Positions 12,148-23,264 of a stretch of 64,000 nucleotides of DNA are shown here, one piece after another; position 1 is the stretch's first letter, and every line of letters starts with the position of its first letter. The notes below the pieces were generated by a model that saw nothing but the letters and a program-made list of their open reading frames with translations, had not been told where the DNA came from and made no database searches. Origin of the DNA: Squalus acanthias. Taxonomy: Eukaryota. Location: positions 95,544,001 through 95,608,000 of the forward strand of contig CM059432.1 of assembly GCA_030390025.1 (NCBI GenBank). Reading direction: 5' to 3'. Position numbers and translations under genes: made by a program.

Positions 12148-14155
12148 ATGGCAAGCTCAAGGCCCAAGTGCGCACCCCGCTTTGCTGAGGACTCCCTCCA
12201 AGCTCTGGTGGAGGGAGCAAGAGCTCAAAAGGAAGTGCTGTTTCCTTCATCTGGGAGGAAAAAACCTCCCCAACAGACCAAAGCTGTGTGGCTGCAAGTG
12301 GCACAGGAGGTCAGTGCCATCTCAATGTGCAGCAGAACCTGGCTGCAGTGCAGAAAGAGGTTTCATGACCTTCTCCGCACAGGAAAAGTGAGTATTACAT
12401 CACCATGGCCCTCAATCTGCCCTCCATCGCCTCTCATCACCAGCACTCTTCATTGTCAACCTCCTCCTCCACATCCCACTTGACCCTTACATCCCTGCAC
12501 CCTTAACCATTCCCTCTCTCTGTATGTTCACATTCACTTAACTATTCGACTATGCAGCCCTCACACTCCCTATCACTGTTATGCTATGACAATAACTTAC
12601 AACACACAGGGAGGACCCTTGGTCTTGGGACCTCACTCCATCTTTGTGTCCTTCTAAGCATCTATGCTATGGATTCTCTACACTCACTCCTTCATTCTCA
12701 CTCAAACTCCACTTGTGTCCCTCATTGCAGGAAAAAAGAGCCCACAATAAGAGGGAAAGGGCGAAGACAGGAGGAGGGCCACCCTCAATAGCCCAGCTCA
12801 CCAACGCAGAGGAGGCGGCCCTCGAGATCGTGGGAGTCGAGGAGGATGTGCAAGTGGGGGATGGACAGATGGGCGCATCAGAGCAAGCTGGTGACAGAAT
12901 AGCTTTTCATCTCTCTCATTGACATTGCATGAGTGACTGATATTGATTCTGATGCTCTAACAGACTGACTTATGATCATCTGCACAATTCAATGTGCATG
13001 CAACGTTTATCTCACATGTCTAACCCATGCCTTTACTTCCCCACAGGACCATCGACAGCCTCCCTCCCCACTGTCCAGGAGGAACAGCCTCAGCCACAAG
13101 ACTCCTCAGAGGAAGCTGCAACCTCTGAGGGCGCAGCGTCACCAGAATTCAGCGCACCCAGCACCAGCGCAGACACTCACACCTCGGTGGGACCTTCGGG
13201 ACATAGAGTAGTGTTGTCACCTGGTGTATCACAGCTCACAAGTGAGCATCAGCAGATGGTGGAGACAGGGACAGCAGTGGAGAGTCCTCGTCGGAGGGTG
13301 CAGGGCGCCCCCAGCTCGGCTCAGCTGCATGTCGACCCTGTGCCTCCGGGTTCATCCAGAAGGAGAGCAGTGCTGGAACTCCAGGAACAGGTGCAGGAGT
13401 CTCTGGCAGGTTTTGTCTCCAGGGTCACTGTGAGTGTGGAGCGGATGGAGGAATCCATCGCTAACATGAGCAGAGCCTTTGTGGAGGCATTGGCGCATGA
13501 ACGCATCACCACGGAAAGGATGGCAACCTCCGTGGAAAGGATGGCTACCTCCATAGTAAGGATGGCTACTGTAGAGGAGAGGATGGCTACGGTAGAGGAG
13601 AGGATGGCTACGGCCATGGAGGAGCTAAGTCGCCAGGGTCTTGAAAACATGGTCATTGTTCAGAATAGACTGACATCTCTGGAGGTGCGATGGTCAGCTA
13701 TTGAGCAGAGAAACCAGACCTTCATGGAAGTTCTCTGGAGTAGGACTACCAGTGCAGAAATGGGTCCTCATGGCCCCCCTGAAGTGCAGCAAGGTGCTGT
13801 CAAGCCACTTGCTAGCTCTGAAGTGGGGCTGACCCATGAGAGGGATGTTGGTGGCAGACAACAAGGAAGTGGGGGCTCCTCTCCAAGCGCTCACGTGACC
13901 ATGCCACTGCAAAGCCCTCGGTCAGAGCCCCACCAGAGTCCTCACCCAACTGAGATCGGCGTCTCAGCCCCTGCACAGCCGCAGGAACAGCAGACTGTTG
14001 GTGAGCCCTCACAGGCTCGCAACCCCAGAGGACACCCACCAAAGGTGTCGAGGCAGGAGCAGCATGAAAGTGAGCAAGGGGCCTCCACATCTGCTGAAGC
14101 CACAGGGGAAGCACCACATAGGAGCATGCGTAAGAGGAAGATAAAGCACAAGTAG
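12148..14155 (+). CDS. Harbinger Myb/SANT-like DNA-binding protein, intact spliced ORF (exons 12148-12387, 12731-12890, 13047-14155; 502 aa)
   Basis: Exon 1 APRFAEDSLQALVEG..VLFP..RK..KAVWLQVAQEVSA..RTWLQCRKRFHDL; GT-AG introns of phase 0 and 1 join into ORF 12992-14155 without stops (1509 nt); heptad repeat; basic C-terminus RKRKIKHK. Confidence 0.85.
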
Positions 14156-14413
14156 TCACAAGGGTAGTCACTTGGGTGTTCTGTTGTGTTTAATTGTGAA
14201 ATGCCATCCGTGAATTAATGTTATAAAATGACTTGATGGCAAACTGTTGAAGTTGTGGGCTGTGTCATTTCGCAAATGGGACTTCCACATTGAGGGCTCA
14301 GGGCGACTTGGAATTGTCAGTATGGTGGTCAGAATGATAGGAAGCCGCAGGTTCTTGTCCATTGTCGATGGTCTGGTAAGAAGGTGTGAGCCAAATGTGT
14401 TTGAGTGGGCAGC

Positions 14414-15617
14414 CTAAGCAAATCTGGCCAACATCAGTGCATCCCTTGCATCCCGGGCAGCAATGTGCTCGCGTGATGCTGCCACTGGTTGATGCACCTC
14501 CGCAAGCTGTTCGTTGTCGCTCTCCTCCTCCTCCTCTTCCTCCTCCTCCTCATCCTCATCCTCATCTGAGGAGGCTATGCGATGAGCCACTTGTACCTCA
14601 GGCAGCTGCAAGCCACGATGCTGTGCCATGTTGTGAAGTGCACGGCAGACCACGACGATTCTGGAGACCCTGGCTGCTGAGTACTGCAGGGCTCCACCTG
14701 ATCTATCAAGGCATCTGAATCGTATCTTCAGCAAGCCGATGGTTTGCTCGATTATGGATCTGGTGAAAATGTGGCTGGAGTTGTAGCGCTCCTCAGCTTC
14801 ATTGGATGGCCTCCTTAACGGCGTAATTAGCCACTTCTTCAGGGGATAGCCCTTGTCTCCAAGTAGCCATCCGCAAAGTTGGTCTGGCGGACTGAAGAGT
14901 GGAGGCACACTAGACTGGCGCAGGATGAAGGAGTCATGGCAACTGCCAGGGTACTTAGCGCAAACATGCAAAATTTCCTTATTGTGGTTACACACCAGCT
15001 GCACGTTGAGAGAGTGGAAGCCCTTGCGGTTGAAAAAAATACCTGGATTGTGATGGGGTGCCTTAAGGGCCACATGTGTGCAGTCTACGACGCCCTGCAC
15101 CCTTGGAAAGCCTGCCAGATTAGCAAATCCAACCACACGTGCGGTTACACTTGCTTGATCCTTGGAGAAGTTGATGTAATTGTGCACTTAGGCAAAGAGG
15201 GCATCGGTTACCTGCGTGATGCAAGTGTGTGCGGCCGCCTGGGAGATACTGCTGATGTCTGCTGTTGATCCCTGGAATGAGCCTGAAGCAAAAAAATTGA
15301 GTGCGGTGGTGACTTTGACAGCCACTGGTAAGGGATGTCCACCCGCTCCTCTGGGCTCCAGGTCTTGCTGCAGCATTGCGCAGATGTCACCCTACTACCT
15401 CTCGCGAAACCTTGTTTTGGGGGTATCGCCTGCGGCGACGTCCTTCCCTGCACTGGCGCCTTCTGGCCTGTGCAGCTTCAGGTGGGTGAGCAGCAGGTTG
15501 GCGCTCCTGTTGTTGCTCCTGCTGGTGGTGCTGCTGTTGTTCCGGGTTCTGCTGCTGCCGCGGCTGGTCTTCGTCTGAATCTGAGGTCCAGGAGGAAAGG
15601 AAATAAATGGTTCCCAT
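14414..15617 (-). pseudogene. Harbinger (HARBI1-like) DDE transposase, disrupted
   Basis: VDCTHV, GDKGYP and IIEQTIG catalytic motifs intact; about 20 codons missing after YPQNKV, frameshift near 15390, premature TAA at 15188-15190; poly-E tail. Confidence 0.93.
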
Positions 15618-16704
15618 GCTGCAGGTATATACCTCAGTTGAGGAAGCGCTCAGTCAAGGTAGGTGGGGAGAGGAGTTTCCCAGGAGGTCACAGTGGAGAC
15701 GGATCTCAGCTTCAAAACTTCCAAAATCAGTAAACCTGCAAAAAGTTCTCCCAGACCGGAGAAAAGAAAGTTCTGCCACCTGCAAATGATTGTGGAAAAC
15801 GCCTTTTTTATGGTGGAGCTGCAGCTGTTAGTAAGCCATCCACTTTTGAGCCCGCCAGGATTAACTGGCGTGTTCCAGGGGAGACATGCAGCACGGGGGA
15901 AATGTGTTAAACTCTGAAAGGCCTCTCAAAATGGCATTATAGAGGCACTTAAGTGGTTGTTAAGTGCCTTAAGGGCCTATCCCGCCTCTTGGACGCGGGA
16001 CCGAAATGGGGTCTGAACGCCCGCACTTGGCAAAGTTTCTCAGAGGTGGGTTGGAGGCGGGATCGGAGCCTGACGCCATTTTTGGTAACTTTCCCACCTG
16101 ACCCGCCTTCAAACCCGCCTCCTCGGGCCTGGCAAAATCCAGCCCATTAACTCCGTTTCTCTCTCCACAGATGCTGCCTGACCTGCTGATTATTTCCAGC
16201 ATTTTCTGTTTTTATTTCAGATTTCCAGCATCCGTAGTATTTTGCTTTTGTATTACTTTCCATCCCAGTTTAATGTGACATTGCTTCAAAGCACAAGGAA
16301 TAAATTCTAATTTTTCTTTTACTTCAGTGGAAGATCATCTGCTGTTCTCTTAAGTTATTGGTCATTCACATTTGTGAAGTAAATATTGCAGCTCACCTTC
16401 TTGTCAGCCATGGCTCAAATGTTAGCACTCACACCTCTGAGTTAGAAGGGGTGGGTTCAAGTCCCACTCCAGAGTCTTGAGCACAAAATCTAGGCTAATA
16501 TTCCAATGCAGTACCGAGGGAGTGTTGCACTGTCAGTAGTTGTGTCTTATGGATGAGCTGTTAAACTGAGCCCCTGTCTGCCATTTCATGTGGACATAAA
16601 AGATCCTACAACACTACTTTGATAGAAGAGCAGTGGTATTCTTCGGTGTCCTGTCCAACATTTATCCCTCAACCAACACCTAAAACGGATGATCTAGTCA
16701 TTTA

Positions 16705-17551
16705 ATATAAAATAAAAACAGAAAATGCTGGAGATACTCAGCAGGTCAGGCAGCATCTGTGAAGAGAGAAACAGAGTTAATGGCCCAGAAATTGATCTCG
16801 CTCTGTTCCCGCGGGGGTAAGCCTTTCCCGCGATGTCTCACCTCGCTTATGCTTTTTCTGATCCAGCTCGCACGAAATTGATGTTCCAGACATCAGCTGT
16901 GCTGGGCTTGCGTATCCCACAGGCGCAGTTAATTCGTGCGAGCTGTGGGAACACGTGACTCAGTTAGAGCCAATGGCAGCACACCATCTTTCATTCATAG
17001 CTTTCACAACAAGTGCTGTGAAAGCTATGAATCTATACCCCCCCAAAAGAACAGCTAAACCTCAATTAAATTTAAAAAAAAAAATCACATTAATAAAATA
17101 AGTATAGTTAAATAAATTAACCATTTTAAACAAAAAATTAAATTTTTGAAAAAATTTAAAATCTTTTAAAAAGTTATAAAAATAAACTTACCTTTCTTTA
17201 AAGTCTCTAAAAAAGATATACCTGTTGAAAAAAATTCAAAATAATACTTAATTAACTACTTACCTTGTTAAAAGAGGGTCTTACGCCTCCTTTCTTTATG
17301 TGCAAAATCTTCCATACTTACCTGCGCGTTCAAAGTACTAAGTGCACTGCGTGCGCGCAGCCTGTAGCGCGCACGCGGTTCACCTAGGAACCGCCCCCTT
17401 TTGAAATCACCAAGTGCCGGTTTTCAGCGCATGCGCAGGGCATGCAGAAAACCGGCAATTGGAGTGGGAATACGCGAGAGTATGCAGTGCGTACTCTCGC
17501 GTCCCAGGATCAATTTTCGGCCCATTGTTTCAGGTCGATGACCTTTCGTCT
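16705..17551 (-). mobile_element. Penelope-like 3' end (~100 bp, hammerhead-containing), split by a MITE
   Basis: Matches 40242-40335; TAGTCATTTA direct repeat at 16695-16704 and 17554-17563. Confidence 0.8.
16782..17523. mobile_element. Non-autonomous Harbinger-like MITE (742 bp)
   Basis: TIRs GGCCCAGAAATTGATC / GATCAATTTTCGGCCC; flanks AAT and ATT; AT-rich core shared with 43213-43968. Confidence 0.85.
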
Positions 17552-18494
17552 TTTAGTCATTTATTTGATTGCTGTTTGTGGGACCTTGCTGTGTGCAAAT
17601 TGGCTGCTGCGTTTACTACACTACAACAGTGATTACACTTCAAAATTACTTAATTGACTGTAAAGCACTTTGGAATGACCTGAGGTTGTGAAAGGCGCTG
17701 TACAATTGCAAGTATTTATTTTTCTTCTATTTCATTTGCTTAAATAAGTAGAAATTGGAATGGAGAATGTGGTTGCCTATCTGCCAAGCATTTTGTGTTT
17801 TGAAAAATAATATTGATTTTTTTGTTAGGGACATTTGTTGTAGAGGATTATTAGTCAGCTGTTATTCCTGTGGCTACATTCTAGTTAGAAAAGAAAGAGA
17901 AAACCAGTTGATGGCATGAAACAAAAGGTAGCGGGTGAGGTTATGACTGTTTCTACCAAGAGGTGGTGCTAATTCTACTTAACTTTGTTGATACAGAACT
18001 GCAAATTTCACTAAAAAGGGCTTGGCATTAATAGCTAAAAAATGACTATAACTTCAGTACAAATAAATCACTAAACATGACCAGAATAATAATGTGAAGA
18101 CAGTTTTTAAAAATGTAGGTGAATCCTATGCTGTATTGTGCTATATAATTTATGTTAGGGTATTGCTTGCACAGAATCTGGTCATTTTTGATAACATTGT
18201 TTATATGACATCGTTATGTAGTGTTAAAACTGCTGCTGACTAGCTTTATGTTGTAACAACTACTTGTCTACATTAGACGACGTGATGTCAGAGGAAGGGT
18301 TGACCATTAGTCATCAAGATCAAGGAATCTGTCAACAAATTCTGATATTGAAAAATTAAACTAATTATTGAGATTGGTCAGCAAAATGTGGTTATTTCTA
18401 TTTACAATGCAGCAACAATTCATGGAAATTATTCACTAAACTAATTTAGTTTGTGGCACACAGTAGTCATTAACAAAAAAATCAGGGATTTTTA

Positions 18495-19215
18495 ACAACA
18501 GCTTACATTTATATAGCACTTTTAATATAGAAAAACATCCCAAAGCACTTCACTGAGGTGTAATCAGAAACAAAATGGATGCCGAGCAAAAGAAGGAGAT
18601 ATTAGTAGGGGGTAACCAAGAGTTTGATCCGAAAGGTTGGTTTTAAGGAGGGTGTTAAAAGAGGAGAGGGAAGTGGAGAGGTGGAGGGCTTTAGTGAAGG
18701 AATTCCAGAACGTAGGGCCTACACGATTGAAGGTACGGCTGCCCTTGATTGGGTGAAGGGAAGGATTGGAGAAGAGGCCAAGGTCACAGGAACGGGGAGT
18801 TTGGGGGACTGTAGGGCTGGACGAGGTTAAGGATAGGAAGGAATTTAAACACAAGAATGAGAATTTTAAATTGGAAGCGTTGAGGGACTAGGAGCTAAGG
18901 TAGTCACCAAGGATAGGGGTGATGGGTGTGTGGCTCTAGGTGTGAGGTAGGATACTGGCAGCAGAGTTTTTGATGATTTGAAGTTTATGGAGGGGGGAGG
19001 ATGGGAGATCATCCAGGATATCATCCTTTAAACCTACCTCTTCGACCAAACTTTTGATCACTTGTCCTAATATCTCTTTATGTGGCGTAGTGTCAAATTT
19101 TGCCTGATAACACTCCTGCGAAGCAACGTTTTACTATGTTAAAGGCGCTATATAAATGCAAATTGTTGTCATTGTTGAATAACTAAGTCTGGAGGTGACA
19201 AAGGCATGAATGAAA
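18495..19215 (-). mobile_element. L2-clade LINE 3' fragment, with a nested opposite-strand L2 3' end at ~19023-19175
   Basis: Homologous to the L2 tails at 22768, 39022 and 63280 (AAAACCTACCTC..GACCAA, GCTATATAAATG). Confidence 0.7.
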
Positions 19216-19448
19216 TAAGCTGGCAAAATTGTAGTTAACAAGCAGTTAACAAGCATTTAACTATCTTAAATGCCTCCCCCGCCGCTTGGTGTTGGGTCTG
19301 TTCTGAAATTGCAGACCCGACACTTTGGAAACTTACATGGAGGCGGGTTCGGAGTGGGTTCTCAACCCGCTGTCAATCGCTGTCATTTTGATTTTGACAG
19401 TGGACCCGCCTCCAAACCCGCACTTTGAGTGCCGGCAAAATTCAGCCC
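19216..19448. mobile_element. Isolated right end of an element-2-like Harbinger
   Basis: Ends GGCAAAATTCAGCCC with subterminal GGAGGCGGGT / ACCCGCCTCC motifs as in 15950-16145. Confidence 0.65.
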
Positions 19449-20143
19449 TTGGATTCTAAATGGCATGCAGGAGCAAAGGGGTCTTGGGTACAGATTCACA
19501 AATCATGAAAAATAGCAACACAGGCTAACAAGGCCATAATAAAAGAAAACAAAAGACTGCAGTTAGTTTTTAGAGGAATAGAATTGAAAAGCAGAGAAGT
19601 TATGTTAAACTTGTATAGAATGTTGGTTAGACCACACTTAGCGTACTGTGCACAATTCCGGTTTCCATATTACAAGAAGGACATACAAGGATGATACCAG
19701 ATTAAGTTATACCTATCATTTAAGACTGAACAGGCTGGGGCTCTTTTCTCTAGAAAAGAGAAAGCTGAGGGGGTGACCTCAGGTATTTAAAATGATGAAA
19801 GGGTTTGATAGGTTAGACGTAGAGAAGATGGTCCACTTGTGGGAGAGTCCAAAACTAGTGGTGATAAATGTAAGATAGTTATTAATAAATCCAATAATGA
19901 ATTCAGGAGATAATTCTTTACCCAGAGAGTGTTAGAATGTGGAACTTTCTACCACATGGCGTAGTTGAAGCGAATAGCATAGATGCATTTAAAGGGAAGC
20001 TAGATAAGTGCACAAAGGAGAAAAGAATAGGATATGTTGGTAGGGTTAGATGAAGTAGGGTGGGAGGTGGCTCATGTGAAGCATAAACACCGGCACAGAT
20101 CTGTTGGACCAAATGGCCTGTTTCTGTGCAGTAAATTCTACGT
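19449..20143 (+). mobile_element. CR1-clade LINE 3' fragment, degenerate
   Basis: Similar to CR1 ORF2 C-terminus (GTTAGACCACAC, TTTACCCAGAGAGT) and CR1 3' UTR. Confidence 0.75.
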
Positions 20144-20144
20144 A

Positions 20145-20934
20145 ACTGCCAATGATGTACTTTTGAAATGCAGTCACTGTTGCAATGTAGGCAAACGCAA
20201 CAACCAATTGGCACATAAACAACAATGAGACAAATGATCAGATTTAGTAATGTTGGTTGAGGGATAAATGTTGGCCAAGACACAGGAGAAACTCTCCTGC
20301 TTTTCTTTAAATAGTGCCATGGGATCTTTTATATCTACTTGAAAGGGCAGACGAGTCCTCGGTTTAACACCTCCTCTAAAAGACCCTGTCAGCTGTGGCT
20401 CAGTGGGTAGAACTCTTGCCTCTGAGTCACGAAGGTTGTGGGTTCAAGTCCCACTCCCAGAAACTTGAGCACATAAAGCTAGGCTGATGCTGCAGTGCAG
20501 TACTGAGGGAGTGCTGCACTGTTGGAGGTGCTGTCTTTCGGATGAGATGTTAAACCGAGGCCCTGTCTGCTCTCTCAGGTGGACGTAAAAGATTCCATGG
20601 CACTATTTTGAAGAAGAGCAGGGGAGTTATCCCCGGTGTCCTGGCCAATATTTATCTCTCAATTCAACATAATAAAAACAAATTATCTGGTCATTATCAC
20701 ATTGCTGTTTGTGGGAGCTTGCTGTGCGCAAATTGGCTGCATCGTTTCCCACATTACAACAGTGACTACACTCCAAACAAAATACTTCATTGGCTGTAAA
20801 GCGCTTTGAGACATCCGGTGGTCAGTAAGGCACTGAAATAGCAGCCTAGATTTCGGAGTCAAGTCCTGGATTACGGCTTGAACCCACAACCTTCTAATTT
20901 GCAGGCAAGGGCACTACCACTGAGCCAAGGCTAA
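20145..20934 (-). mobile_element. Deu-domain SINE (minus), interrupted by an opposite-strand SINE
   Basis: tRNA-like head on minus at 20934-20830 (GGCTCAGTGGTAG..GGTTCAAG); core and tail at 20385-20145. Confidence 0.72.
20387..20824 (+). mobile_element. Deu-domain tRNA SINE, near full length
   Basis: A box TGGCTCAGTGG, B box GGTTCAAGTCC, Deu core, L2-like tail. Confidence 0.88.
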
Positions 20935-21062
20935 CACTGTGCTTCTACTCAAGGTTTAAAAAAAACTTGCATTAGATTATCCGTTTTTTTTTTAAGAAGA
21001 CTTGGGGTTATGGGGAAAGGTAACATACATTCTTGCGATAGGATCTTGTCTTTACCCCGACC

Positions 21063-21074
21063 ACTTTCACTTTC
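21063..21074 (-). promoter_or_regulatory. Candidate ISRE/IRF element GAAAGTGAAAGT
   Basis: Exact tandem GAAANN motif ~550 bp upstream of the CpG promoter; motif match only. Confidence 0.35.
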
Positions 21075-21527
21075 CCCCTTCATATCAGCTCTGCCCCAGG
21101 CTACACAGCTGACAAGAATGGGTTTGGCATTGCAAATTAGCAATTTGTTATGAATTAGTTGGAGGGTGAGATATCTTTAAAAATAAGCAAACTGAATTTG
21201 AATTATGCAGAGAAAAGACAGGTTAACATTTTAGCTAGAACCATCCAGCTCCTTCCCCGACCAGTGGGCACCGCAGGGACTGGAGAGCTTGGTTGGTATA
21301 GAAAATAATATGATGATTCAATTTGACCTTTTTCTTTTTGTATGTTTTGGGTGTTTATTGCTTGTGCCTCTTTTTAAAAAAGGGGCCCTTTAGTTGGATA
21401 ATATTTATTTGGGATGATGACACCCAGTGTGGTCCGAGCTCTTCAATGAAGAAGAGTGGAAGCCTCGAGCTGCCAATCACCCTCTTGACCTGCACCGACC
21501 CTCAACCCTCCTTTCAGAAGTCTGCCA

Positions 21528-21697
21528 CGGGGGGGCGGGACCGGGCTCCACGCCCCTTTTCTATTGGCTAAGGCTCCAGTCAATCACGGGGCCACGCCCC
21601 CTCTCGCGGCACAACTTCCGCGTGCGCTGCTTGCCGCCTCATTTTGAACTTTATCCCGGACTGAGCTCTCACCCCGCGGTCTCCGCCACAGAGAGAG
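21528..21697 (+). promoter_or_regulatory. CpG-rich housekeeping-type promoter and non-coding first exon of an unidentified host transcript
   Basis: GC boxes (GGGGCGGG, CCACGCCCC x2), ATTGG at 21563, ETS ACTTCCG at 21614, NRF1-like GCGTGCGC, YY1-like GCCGCCTCATTTTG, strong donor AG|GTAAGA at 21698. Confidence 0.7.
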
Positions 21698-22767
21698 GTA
21701 AGAAACCGGGGGGAGGATTGAAGAGGGCAAAAACAAGAGCATATGGACCAGAAAGATGGGGAGCCTGAAAGAGTGGGAGGAGGAAAGCGAGAGACAGCGA
21801 ACCAAAAGAGAGAGAGAGACACGGAGAACCAGGAAAAAGAGCAAGCGAACCACAGGAGCACAGAGTGACTCTGAAAAGGAGAGGGGAATAAGGAAATGGA
21901 TGTCGAGCGAGAACAAGAAGGGAATATAGGAGTGAGAGTGAGGGGTGGAAACAGACACAGAAGTGAATGAGCAAAGAGAGAGAGAAAGTACTTATTCAGA
22001 TGCGTGAGTTGGTGCAAAGAAATTTCACTTCACGCCGATTGTCCAGTTATGCTCGAAAGGCTGCCTGACTTGACACCAGTGCGGTGAGACTCTGGAAGAC
22101 AGTCTTGCTCCGCCTCGCCTTGGATTCAGATTAGGCCTTCACGCCTGATTTATACATCCAAGTTTAATCTTGCTGAAAAGCGGCTTCACTTTTCCATCAA
22201 TGCTCAATTTGTGAAGTATGAATACACCGTTAGAGTACGATTGGAGGCTGAGAGATTTTTGTGGGTGGAGCCAGTTGTAAGCATTGTGTGAACGACTGAA
22301 TTAAATTACTGTTGCTTATTTTTATTGTCAAGGATGTTATGTAAATAAGATGGTCAGAAATGTGGGCTTAAAAAAAAGATAAATATTTTTGGCTGCAGGA
22401 TTTTGCTCCATCAAAATTAGAAGCGCCAGGAGGAGATGCTATGCCTGCTGTGAATGCTACTGTTTGCACTCAATGTCCTGATGACTATCTCCATACCTGG
22501 CTTGTGCAGATATGCCAAACCCCCACACAAATAAATCACGAGACAAACTCCTAAAAATCAAGAGATTTGGTATAAAAATTACGAGTTGTTTTTTCCCGAC
22601 CTGACCCCTCATGCTCCCAGACCGGAAGAGCATTCGGCCGTCACTAACCGATTACTGATATAAGAACATAAGAAATAAACGCAGGATTAGGTGGATCGGT
22701 GACCCTGCTGTCGCATCACTCACAGGCCGGCCTCACTCTGCTTTTGACCGTTACTCTTTCCAGAACA

Positions 22768-23105
22768 TAACCTCCTCCAGCCCTACAACCCTCCGAGATC
22801 TCTGCACTTCTCCAATTCTGGCCTCTTGCGCATTCCCGATTTCAATCGCTCCACCATTGGTGGCCGTGCCTTCACCTGCCGAGGCCCTAAGCTCTGGGAT
22901 TCCCTCCCTCAACCTCTCAACCTCTCTACTGCTCTTTCCTCCTTTAAGACGCTCCTTAAAACCTACTTTTTTGACCAAGCTTTTGGTCACCTGTCCTGAT
23001 TTCTCCTTATGTGGTTCGGTGTCAAATTTTGTCTGATCACACTCCTGTGAAGTACCTTGGGATGTTTTACTATGTTAAAGGTGCTATATAAATGCAAGTA
23101 GTTGT
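22768..23105 (+). mobile_element. L2-clade LINE 3' fragment
   Basis: LQPYNPPRSL..SNSGLL..STIGGRAF..GPKLW.SLP C-terminus; tail GCTATATAAATGCAAGT shared with the SINEs. Confidence 0.8.
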
Positions 23106-23264
23106 TCCCTTTTCCTCTTCCCCCATGTTATGATCTGTTTTTCCATCAGATATGATTACACCGTGATTCCAGTTCGTGTACCCTCTGGTTTCCTGGCTAC
23201 TTAGTTGCCTACTTAGCTACGACTCCTATTTGTTTACCTCGCTAATCTGCCTTGCAAGTCTGAC

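Larger units (their letters stand above)
11870..16145. mobile_element. PIF/Harbinger DNA transposon, two-gene convergent type (element 2)
   Basis: Perfect 13-bp TIR GGGCTGGATTTTG / CAAAATCCAGCCC; flanks AAT and ATT; Myb-like gene (+) and transposase (-). Confidence 0.94.
11840..16250 (+). mobile_element. Penelope-like element 3' end (~135 bp, hammerhead-containing), split by Harbinger element 2
   Basis: 11840-11869 plus 16146-16250 match the 3' end of the Penelope copy at 40242-40341; flanked by TATTACTTT direct repeat (11831-11839, 16251-16259). Confidence 0.8.
16403..17720 (+). mobile_element. tRNA-derived Deu-domain SINE (SacSINE1/AmnSINE-like), interrupted at 16705-17553
   Basis: A/B boxes (TGGCTCA, GGTTCAAGTCC), Deu-like core GGATGAG..TTAAAC.GAG..CTGTCTG..GTGGAC.TAAAAGATCC, L2-like tail GTGAAAGGCGCT. 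Confidence 0.82.

Noticed and set aside
14414..15617. Domesticated host HARBI1 gene
   Set aside because: All copies are disrupted, lie within transposon contexts paired with helper genes or nested repeats, and are multi-copy
20387..20460. tRNA gene
   Set aside because: A/B boxes continue into the Deu core and LINE tail, so it is a SINE head; same for 16403 and 45429
21580..22017. Overlapping Ser/Phe/Leu-rich ORFs
   Set aside because: Low-complexity purine-rich intron start read on the minus strand
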